From the human T2T-CHM13v2.0 reference genome, Homo sapiens, in the NCBI RefSeq assembly GCF_009914755.1, contig NC_060943.1: 64,000 nucleotides of DNA. One strand, given 5' to 3'. The position numbers and the translations under genes are program-made. Below the pieces are notes generated by a model. The model was not told the DNA's origin. It saw nothing but the letters and a program-made list of their open reading frames with translations, and did not search any database. Shown here piece after piece: positions 45,450 to 55,350 of this stretch (positions within the stretch are counted from its first letter, which is position 1; each line of letters starts with the position of its first letter).

Positions 45450-47480
45450 CCAAAGAGAGAGGCAAGGACGTGGGCGTTGGTCGGTCTTGCGGGGAGGAGG
45501 TGCCGTGCTCTCCCCACTTCCTGACCCAGCAGAAAGCGCCCGGGCGTGTCCAGATAAACCGCGCCTTAATCGAGGCGCCATTCCGGCCCGGAACAGGCCA
45601 GGCCCAGGTGAGGCTCAGAGCCAGATGCGCCCAGCCTAACCCACCTGGGGACGCCCCTCGGACCCTCCCGGGGCGGGGTCCTCACTCCCGACCAGGACCT
45701 CTGTCTCTGCATCTGCGAAGTGGGCGCCCCCAGGCCTGTGCTCCCCCCACCCACCTGTCGTCTCGTCTCGGCTTTCAGGGTGCAGAGTGGACACTCCCAG
45801 GTGTCCAAGCCGGCGAGCTCGGGTCCCGCAGAACCGGCGGCCCTGGAGACGCCCCGAGGGCAGCCCCGCTGCAGCCTTGCTCGGGTCCCCTAGCCCGGCG
45901 CCTCCGCAAACCAACCCACCGCGGGCCGCCGAGCCCCGCTCCGGGATCCGCCGGCTGCCTCCATCCCAGAAGAGTGCGCAGAGAATTAAATCTAGATATT
46001 TACATGTTTAATGGCTAAAGGAGCCTGTCTTCTGGCAGGGCAGGGAGGGCGCTCAGGTGGTTTAACTCAGCGCCGGGATCCCGCTCAGCTGCGGGGGCCG
46101 CGAACCCCGCCGCTGGGCCGACGATTGGGCCCCTCCGGAGCGCGGCGCCCAACGCGGGTTTCGTTGCGTCGGGGAAGTCCGTGGCCTGCAGCGTCCAGTC
46201 CCCAGGCTGTCAGCCGAGCCCTGGAGTGGGGCGTTCTCCAGGCCCCCAACCCCTGATCCAGGCCGTTCCCCTCCCGCGCACCCTCCGGCGGGGGCTGCAG
46301 CCCGCGCCCCTCGCCGCCAAGCCCCATTTTCCCACAGTGCAAACTGCAGCAAACGAACTGGTTTTCTCCTGAGCGCACGCTGCGGGGAGACGATTCCAAC
46401 GGCGTCCAGTGAGGAGGGGCCCAGGCCTGCGAGACGGGGCGCGTTCCTGTCCCCAGACCCCTCCGGCTGCGCCTCAACCCCCAGCCCGGCTCTCTGACCT
46501 GCATCGGTCGGGCCGGGCACAGAGGAGGCAAAGCAGGCGGAGGCCGCGAGAGGAGAGCAGCCTGACCTCCCGCCTGAGCCCGGACCCTTCCCCTCGGGCA
46601 CCCTCGGACGCCCCCGCCCCAGCGTGTTACTTTCTAGATGGGGAAACTGAGGCGCGGCCAGGGCGATGCGGCGGAAGTCCCGCGCCCGGCCGTCTCCCGC
46701 GCCTGCCAGACAGAGCCCCGAGAAGAGGGCATAGAATTCCCTCCTCTAATTGTGTCCCAGAACTCTGGGACGACGGAGGCCAAGCTGCTGAGGGAGGGGA
46801 CGAGGACGCGGGGCCCCAGGGACCAACCCCTCCGCTCCCCGGCCAGCCGCGGCCGCCCAGCCTCGGTGCCCCGGCGCAAACAAGCGCGGTGTTTGCCGAG
46901 CGCGAGGCGGGCGGCGCGGCCCGAGAGCGATGAGGATTCGATGGAGCCGCTCGCCGCGGCGGGGGCAACGGAGCCCGGGCGGGCGCGGGGATCGATCGGG
47001 CACAGCTGTCGCCTAAGAGCCCGCGGGAGCATCCACCCGCGGGCCAGAGCTGCCCGGGCGCCCCGCAACTGCGGGCAGGAAATCCGGGACGTCGGGCCCG
47101 CCAGGGGCGAAACCCCAAAGTCGCGACACCCGGGGTGGGGAGGTCAGGACGTCCCCACGGCCAACGTGGAACCTTCGGGAGCCGCGCGCTCAGCCTCGCC
47201 GGGACCCCCGCCAGGCCGTAAAAGCCCAGAGTCTCCCCCCAAATCTAAATAAAATCCCCAGACCCCGCCCGAACGAAGGCGGCTGGAGTCCAGAGGGAGA
47301 ACTCCTGCCACACACTAGGCACCGGCGGCCGGGATTTGGGGCGCCCGCAGGTTTCGGGGGCCGGGAGTGGGAGCAGAGCGGATCTAGGGCTGCGGCTGGG
47401 CTTGGGTGGGGCGCGCATTCATTGCCATCGTTTAGTAAAACCTCGCTTTAATAAAAGCAGGGAGGGGTGCGCAGAGCCCG
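45450..47480. promoter_or_regulatory. Upstream CpG island (about 3.5-5.5 kb 5' of the ATG)
   Basis: Repeat-free, CpG-dense stretch of about 2 kb. Confidence 0.88.
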
Positions 47481-50400
47481 GACACTTTCATTTCGGTGGG
47501 AGACAAATCGAATCAGAAAGTCAGTTGGGGGCGCACTGTGCAGGGTTCTGGGGGAGCCCCAGGAAAGGAAAACTTGAGGTATCTGACTCTGCCTTTGATA
47601 TTTTTAGCTGCAATGGGAGAGTCAATAACAACAGGGAAGGTGGTGTGTCCAAAAATGGGGGAGGTGTGGAGGATTAAAGAGGGGGTTCAAGCTTAGGGGG
47701 TCCGTTTAGGGAGTTTGAAGCCGTGGAGAGTGCGCACCCCTGGGGCATGGGTGGAGGCCCCCAGTCCTCCCCTCCACCCGCGGGACTCTCCAAGCCCTGA
47801 GGTTGGCAGGACCAGAGGCTGCCCTTTTTGACTCCTCCCAGACGCAGGCCAGGCACAGAGAGGGTGAGCGTTGGTCTGGGGCAGCCCAGCACCTGCTGAG
47901 GTCCCCCTCCCCAACTCCCAGACACAGACTCGGGCTCTGGGAGTCAAACTTTCATCTTCCTGGAGGGGATACTGAGGCCAGAGAGCTTCCTCGAGGTGGC
48001 TGAGGTCCCTGTGGGGTGGGGAAGGGGGACTTCTTGTCCCGATCCAGCCCACCCCTCCCCCTGCCCACAATTTGCCTAATGACCCAGGATCGATCTGGGC
48101 CTGGGCAGCCAGCCTACCCGGTGGCCGGCTCAATTCTATTTTACTAATTACTAAAAGGCTGCTGCTGGTGGGGAGAAGCAAGCTGGGGGCTCCAGGGGGC
48201 CACAGTCCCTCTCTTGGGGCCAGCAAAATTCTGTTCAATCTCTCAACGGGACCACAGCCTCTACAAGGAGTGAGATCCCCATCCCTGGGGGAGTCCAAGT
48301 GTCCATCAGCCGAAGGGAGGGGTGAGGGGCTTCGCAGACCTGGATAGGGTTAGGTCCACCAGGCTGGGCTGCCCCTTCCAAGTCTAGGGAGCTTTGGAAG
48401 GGGTCTGTGGCCACCTTAGCGTGTCCTGAGGCAGCAGAGGGGAGAGGCCCTCTTCCTCTCGGAGTCCCTGACCCTCGTCTTCTCTTTCAAAATGGATGCT
48501 TTCCCTGCTAGAAAAGCCACACACGCTTGCTATTAAAATGAACACGATCATCAAGCTGTAAAAAATATATTTAAAAGGAAGCCTGCAAAATCCCAGCTCC
48601 CTAGGAGCTCCCCCACATTGGCATTTGGGGGAACTTCCTTCCACCTTGTTATCCTCCCACCCGTAGAGACCCCCAGCCCCCACCTGGTCTGCGCTTCTTG
48701 AGCCTGGGATGCTAGCGTTTTATGGCGGCTGATTGATTTTTAGATCTCACGATTATTTTTAATTATCTGTGATTGTTGGAGGGTGAGAATGAGGAGCGCA
48801 GGCTGGGGCTCTGTGCAGCCACATCCCCCCCGCCGAGATTCAGCATCTGCACGGGGAGTGGGGTACGCGACTGTTCGGACCTGCCCCTCTCTTCCCACCT
48901 GGAAGATGGGTGTAATTATGTAAACTCCAGAAATTATACCTGAACCCTGGAACTGGAAAGTTTAGGGACCGACACTTCAGGGGGCAGGAGTTAGCACTTG
49001 GGCAGATGTAGGAATGAAGGGGGGAACTCTAGGGCCACCACCCCCCCACCTTGGGCCAGAGATACCCGGAAAAATTGTGATTTGACTTCCCCCTCTCTGG
49101 GGCTGAGAGAGGAGAGTATGCCTGGTAAATAACAGGCACTTACTAAATGCCGAGCCCTAAGCAGCGAGTACTAACAGGGGTCCCCTTCAGCCCTATCCCT
49201 CCCCAGGACTTGGATCAGGCCACCTCAGGCTGGGGGCCCAGATCATTCAGGCCCCCTCTCTCTCTGGCTGTTGTGGTCAGCATAGACTCACCTCCGGCTC
49301 CCAGCTGGGCAGGCTGGAGGGCACCCCCTCCCACACCAGAGAAGGGGAAACTGAGGCACAGAAAGGGCCCTATTCCAGAGCCAACCTAGTCTTGGTTCAG
49401 AAAATCGCATCTCCAATGTGTAGCCACGTCTACAGGGGCCAGGAAATCTGGATGCAGGTGCAAAGCTGGGGCCGGGGTTTGCCCAGAAGGTTTGCACCAA
49501 AGGGGAAGTGACAGCCTGACTGTGTCCTCCCCTCTTCCTTCAGCTTTGAGCCCTGATGCAACCCTCTGAGATGGGGGTAACTGGGGGCTCCCGCGAACCG
49601 ACTGCCTGACCCATCCCCTTCCTCTTCTAGAAAGTGCACAAGCGTTACCCCGGGGGTGGGGGGGGCAGAGGCAACGGGGAAGCAGGAAGGGGCTGAGGCT
49701 GGTTTTGGACTCTGCACCGTAGCCTCTGGCCTACAAGACAGAGCATCCTCTAGATTCTGGTCTGGCCCCTCCAGATCCGCAGCCCTGACCTTACCCCACT
49801 GGCGGGATCTAGTCCCCTGGGGGTCTCTCTGATTATAGGAGCCCTTCCCCCATCTATCCCAGTTCCCAGGGGCCCCTGGGGCTCACCTGTCTCCAGGTGC
49901 TGAGAAAAAGGAGACCCCTGCCTCCCCCCACATTGAAGAGAAGCCCCAGGGACAAAGAGGAGTTTGCACCAGCGACGTCTCAGAAGACAGGGGATCCAGC
50001 CTCAGCCTCCGTGGGCTGGAGGGTGACAGGGGCTCTTAGTGGTCACCCCCAGGCTCCAGTGCCTCCAGCGGCCGCACTGTAAAAAGGCCCTGCAATTAGA
50101 AGGGGCCTTTGGCAACCCCGAGGCCGGGCAGCCCATTGTACAGTTGGGGAAACGGAGGCCCAGGTGCCCACACATGGGCAGAGGCTGACCCCTGGGGCGC
50201 ACGGAGGCCCTGACCTAGCCTGAGGACCTCCCTTTTCCCCCACTTCCTCCACAAAGAGGTTGTGGGAAGGGGGCTGTGACTCCGTAGGTGTGAGTGGGAG
50301 TCGGGGGAAGCTGAGCTTGCAGTGGGGATCTAGCTCCTGGGGGTCTGTAGGGAACGGGGCGGGGGGGGACACGTACATTACAGGCGACCGTCCAGCCACA

Positions 50401-50639
50401 CTCCCAGAAACTCCCTGGAGATGGACTTGGGGGTGCCAGGCAGGAAAGCCACATCTGGGACTCTGGAGAGAATCACACAGAGACGCGAAATCGGAGACTC
50501 TGGGTCGAGGCCCCCAGCCCCACCTGGGCAGAGTCTGTCCTCGGACCCCCGCCCGCTGTCCCCCGGGTACGGCCTGCCCCAGCGGGCGCGGGCGGGCTCA
50601 GTGGCCAGGGACGCCGAAGCCCCAAGTCTGGCCGACTTC

Positions 50640-50928
50640 GGCCTGCTTGGTGCTCGAGTGGGGCCGGGGCGGGCGGAGAGCGAGGCTGCGGGAGGCAGCG
50701 GTGGCAGGAGCGGGTGGGCGGGGGCGCTGACGTCAGACCCGGGCCCGGGCGCCGGCGGCCGCTCCCCTGCCACATCCTGGTGGCCGCGCTCGCAGCCGGG
50801 CCGGGCCGTGCGCCGCGCAGCCTGGCAGCCTCGCGCGCAGCCACCGGGGAGCGGGTGGGAGTCATGCAGCGGCCTTGAGCACTAGGGGCCGGCGCTGAGG
50901 AGCGCGCGCGGCGGGAGGGCAGCCGAGC
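50640..50928 (+). promoter_or_regulatory. ONECUT3 TATA-less proximal promoter / 5' UTR with GC boxes, an EGR-type site and a full CRE
   Basis: GGGGCGGGCGG ~50666, GCGGGGGCG 50718-50726, palindromic TGACGTCA 50728-50735, all inside a CpG island just upstream of the ATG. The exact TSS cannot be read from sequence. Confidence 0.75.
50864..50878 (+). other. Short upstream ORF (ATG CAG CGG CCT TGA; MQRP*)
   Basis: Directly visible; G at -3; stop lies 50 nt before the main ATG. It matters only if the TSS is upstream of 50864. Confidence 0.6.
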
Positions 50929-52120
50929 ATGGAGCTGAGCCTGGAGAGCCTGGGGGGCCTGCACAGCGTGGCCCACGCGCAGGCGGGCGAGCTGCTGAGC
51001 CCGGGCCACGCGCGCTCGGCGGCGGCGCAGCACCGCGGCCTGGTGGCGCCCGGGCGCCCGGGCCTGGTGGCCGGCATGGCGAGCCTGCTGGACGGCGGCG
51101 GCGGCGGCGGCGGTGGGGGCGCCGGGGGCGCGGGCGGCGCGGGCAGCGCGGGCGGCGGCGCGGACTTCCGCGGGGAACTGGCGGGCCCGCTGCACCCGGC
51201 AATGGGCATGGCCTGCGAGGCGCCGGGCCTGGGCGGCACCTACACGACGCTCACGCCCCTGCAGCACCTGCCGCCGCTCGCGGCCGTGGCCGACAAGTTC
51301 CACCAGCACGCGGCGGCCGCGGCCGTGGCCGGGGCGCACGGCGGCCATCCCCACGCGCACCCGCACCCGGCGGCCGCGCCGCCCCCGCCACCCCCGCCGC
51401 AGCGTCTGGCGGCCAGCGTGAGCGGCAGCTTCACCCTCATGCGCGACGAGCGGGCGGCGCTCGCCTCCGTGGGCCACCTCTACGGACCCTACGGCAAGGA
51501 GCTGCCCGCCATGGGGTCGCCGCTGTCGCCGCTGCCCAACGCGCTGCCGCCCGCGCTGCACGGCGCCCCGCAGCCCCCGCCGCCGCCACCACCCCCGCCG
51601 CTGGCCGCCTACGGCCCGCCAGGCCACCTGGCTGGGGACAAGCTGCTGCCGCCCGCCGCCTTCGAGCCGCACGCCGCGCTGCTGGGACGCGCGGAGGACG
51701 CACTGGCCCGCGGGCTGCCCGGAGGCGGCGGCGGCACAGGCAGCGGCGGAGCGGGCAGCGGGAGCGCCGCGGGGCTGCTGGCGCCGCTGGGCGGGCTGGC
51801 GGCGGCCGGGGCGCACGGGCCGCACGGGGGAGGCGGCGGCCCCGGCGGGAGCGGCGGCGGCCCCAGCGCGGGCGCAGCGGCCGAGGAGATCAACACCAAG
51901 GAGGTGGCGCAGCGCATCACGGCGGAGCTGAAGCGCTACAGCATCCCGCAGGCAATCTTCGCGCAGCGGATCCTGTGTCGCTCTCAGGGCACGCTCTCCG
52001 ACCTGCTGCGCAACCCCAAGCCGTGGAGCAAGCTCAAATCCGGCCGCGAGACCTTCCGCAGGATGTGGAAGTGGCTGCAGGAGCCAGAGTTCCAGCGCAT
52101 GTCGGCGCTGCGCTTGGCAG
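50929..52120 (+). CDS. ONECUT3: One cut homeobox 3, coding exon 1 (N-terminal 397 aa plus 1 nt; the homeodomain exon lies beyond the window)
   Basis: ATG in strong Kozak context (AGCATGG). Translation MELSLESLGGLHSV... contains the Onecut TP box (TYTTLTPLQHLPPL), the conserved SVSGSFTLMRDER motif and a complete CUT domain ending ...QRMSALRLA, followed by a phase-1 donor CAG|GTAGGA (1192 nt = 397 codons + 1). Confidence 0.97.
51883..52119 (+). other. ONECUT3: CUT DNA-binding domain coding segment, including the LSDLL (LxxLL) motif
   Basis: EEINTKEVAQRITAELKRYSIPQAIFAQRILCRSQGTLSDLLRNPKPWSKLKSGRETFRRMWKWLQEPEFQRMSALRLA is the canonical Onecut-class CUT domain. Confidence 0.97.
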
Positions 52121-53800
52121 GTAGGAGCGTGGCGCGCAGGGCCAGACCCTGGGGGCGCCGGCTCTGGACTCCCGAGCACCTAGCGGGGCGGCGGCCGATG
52201 CCCGGGGCCAGCGCCCCAAGCCCCGCCCGTGCGCCCCGGCAGCCCGGGACCCCCTATCAGGAAGCTAGACCGCGATCCGCGCCGCTGCCCGTTTGTACCG
52301 TTGCCAAAAGGGAGAAAGGGATTGTGCCGCCTCCCCGCCCCCCGGTCGCCGCTTCTGCCCCTTTCGGGAGCGCGTAGGGGTTCTCTAGTCCTTGTTAGAC
52401 TGCTGGGAGGCTCCGAGCCTCTCCCCAAGCAGCCCTCAGGGAAGCTCATTGTGTGTGTGCGTGTGTGTGTGTGAGCGCGCGCCTGTTGGGGGGAGCTGTG
52501 TCCCCGAACGAGCTGCTGTTGTCGGCTAAGGTGCCACTCCCCTCCTCCAGAGTGGGTGGAGAGGGGCTGTTGAGCCCCCAGCCCCGGGCCACAGAGCTCC
52601 GAGACGTTGCGGCGGGCGCCTGCAGCTCAGCAGCAGAGGCCGAGCCCGCGCTCATCCCCCCACCTGCCCCAGCGCGCGCTTCTTTGTAGTTCGGCCCCGC
52701 GATCGATACCCCCTCCCTCTCCCCTCCGGCCGCTGGCAAAGGTCACCCGAGAATGGCGGGGGAGGGGCGGCCCCGGGGACCCTCGGCCCGCGCCGCCCGG
52801 AGGCCTTCACACCCCGACCCGGCGCCCGCCCCGCGCAGTTTGGTCGTGGCTCGGGTGCGCGCGCCCCTGCCCGCCTGGCTTTGGGGTTTTGTGTCTCTCA
52901 TGTCCACTTCTCTCCTCTCTCGGTCGGAACACACTGGTATCTCTATGTTTTTCTCTTGCTCTCCGTTTTGCTCTTGTTCCTGCTCATTATCTCTTCTCCC
53001 TGTCGGTCTCTCCGCCTCTGTCTCTGTCTCATACTCAGCCACCGGCCCCCTGGGGACCCTCCTCCCTCCTCCCTCCCAGCTGACAACAGCTAAGTCCACA
53101 CCTGCCCTCTGACAGGCAGCCCGGCCAGGCCCCCATTTCCTAGGTGGGGGTGTAAGGGTGCAGGAGGGCCCCTGGCCTAGGTGGGGGTTTCTTTCCCTGG
53201 TGGTGCTGGGGAGGGGGCTGTCCACCCGGGCCACAGGGACAATAGCCGCGGCGGCTGGCGCCTGATCGATCGCTTCTCCGAGCACAAGGGCGAGAAAGGC
53301 GGGGGCTCTGGGAGGCGCCCCACTAGCAAAGAGGCAGAGGGGCTTGCGGCTGTGCCCCCAGGCAGCCCGTCCAGGCAGGGGGGCTGGGCGAAGAGAGGAC
53401 AGCGGGGTGTCCTGTGCTGTTCCTCCCTAGAAAGCCATTCCCTCCCTCCACCCCAGGAGGACCAGACAACCCCCTGGGAGCCTGGACCCACAGGCCGGCC
53501 TCAGTTTCCCCCTTCTGCAGAGCAAGCAAGGTGACTAGCTGGAACCTCTTATGGGATTCTTAGATTTTTCTGCTTTGGGGCACGGGAAAATAAATAGTCT
53601 TTCGCGTGTGGCAGGGTAACCTTGTGCTCAGGGAGGTCCGGGAACCTGGACGATTTCAGTCTGTCCTGCTCCCCTCCCCATGACACATACAGCGGCACTC
53701 GTGCGCTCACCATAGACCGGCGGTCATATCCGCACACAGCCACGGCCCTCGAGGTGCAGTGCGAGGCCTCAGGTGGCAGAGGGCACACCCCTGGCAGCTC

Positions 53801-54112
53801 TATTTATTTATTGAGACGGAGTTTCACTCTTGTCGCCCAGGCTGTAGTGTAGTGGTGCGATCTCGGCTCACTGCAGCCTCTGCCTCCCAGGTTCAAGCGA
53901 TTCTTCCGCCTTAGCCTCCTGAATAGCTGGGATTACAGACGCCCGTCACCACGCCTGGCTATTTTTTTTTTTTTTTTTTTTTGTATTTTTAGTAGAGATG
54001 GAGTTTCACCATTTTGGCCAGGCTGGTCTCAAACTCCTGACCTCAGGTGATCCGCCCGCTTCTGCCTCCCAAAGTGCTGGGATTACACAGGCTTGAGCCA
54101 CCCCGCCGGGCC
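53801..54112 (-). mobile_element. Intronic antisense AluS-like
   Basis: Full-length antisense Alu with an expanded middle T-run. Confidence 0.95.
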
Positions 54113-54689
54113 TCCCTCTGACGTTTAAACACCAACTGGTTGCCATCACACCAGTAAGGCAGGGACAGTTTCTATAGCCCGATACCCACCACCTCCTGCC
54201 TCCTCTCTAGCACATATTTGGGGGACATTGTGTCCACCGTGGGTGCACCCAGAGTCCACACCACTCTCCATTTTTCCCACTGTCACGTTATGTAACTAAT
54301 GACCCATTAGCAGTACTGGAATTGCAGATTTGGGGGCCACAGAAAACATCAGCCAGAGCGTCACAGAAGGGCAAACCGCAGGCGAGAAGTCCCATGGGGG
54401 GGGGGTGGGCTCCCCGCAGCCGGGTCAGCAGCACCCAGCACCCGCCCTGAGTGGACACCGCCTGCTTCGCCTGCACCTGACCTTGCACCCAGGTGGGTGT
54501 TCGCTCCTGCCGACCCCACAGCCATCCAGGCCTCCGCCGTCCCCTTTCTGCCACGGGGAGAGTTGCAGATGGGGAAACAGGCTCCGTTTGTGCCTCGCCT
54601 TCCTGACTTGTGACAATGACAAACAGTCTCAGCTCTGGGAGTCTGGGTTTCCTGTCGAGGAAGGGAGAGTTAGAACAGTCGCCGTCTCA

Positions 54690-55350
54690 GGGGTGCGTGG
54701 GGGAACCGGAGGGGTGAGCGCAGCTCCTGGCACCCCGAGCCTCCCGCAGGGCGCTGGGGCGTTGAGGATGATAAACCCGGACCACGCTGCCCGCCTGCTC
54801 TCTGCCGGGTCCGCTGCCCACGCCGTGGCCCCGCCGCGCGGCCCCGCGGCCGCGGGGTTCACGCCGTCAACCTTGCGCACCTGTCGCGTCTCAGGTGCCC
54901 TGGGGGCCGCGTCTACACCACCGGACTCCGCCTGGGGCGTAAGAGGTGGCGGGGGCGAGGGCCGCGGGGTCACTAGGCTCCGGCCCAGGCCTTTAGTTCC
55001 GGTCGCTGCGCAAATGAAAAGCGGTTAAGTGGCGGCAAATCGCGGCGGTTAGGGGGAGACGGCCGGATGCGTCCCCATCTCCACCTAACACGGCGACGCC
55101 CCAACGCTGGTGCTCGGAAAGGGAACTCTGCCCCCGCCCCGCCCCCGCACCATTTCAACCCCGCAGCAGAGGACTCGCCGCCCTTTCTACTCCGGCATCC
55201 CCATTCCCCGCTCCGCGAGCACCGCGGGCCTCCCCAGGCCTCCTCCAAGGAGAACTTTGCGCCCCGGGTCTCCCGTCGCGCTTGCCCGGCTCGGGGCGGG
55301 CCACGCGTTTCCGCAGGTGCCGAGTGTCCTGCCGGGCGCCGGGGCCAGGA
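54690..55350. promoter_or_regulatory. Intronic CpG island
   Basis: CpG-dense unique sequence in intron 1; contains TTAAGTGG (NKX2-type) ~55025. Confidence 0.75.

Larger units (their letters stand above)
50350..53420. promoter_or_regulatory. Main CpG island covering the ONECUT3 promoter, exon 1 and the start of intron 1
   Basis: Very high GC and dense CpG throughout. Confidence 0.93.

Noticed and set aside
50473-52179. 568-aa antisense ORF overlapping ONECUT3 exon 1
   Set aside because: Shadow ORF: extreme GC codon usage leaves few stops on the opposite strand. Non-ATG start, Arg/Ala/Gly low complexity, no recognisable domain.
50929-52377. 482-aa ORF taken as the full protein
   Set aside because: Onecut similarity ends exactly at the GT donor (52121); the tail is intron read-through. 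Kept only as a speculative isoform.
53200-53225. REST half-sites GGTGCTG ... GCTGTCC
   Set aside because: Half-sites are in the wrong order for a canonical RE1.
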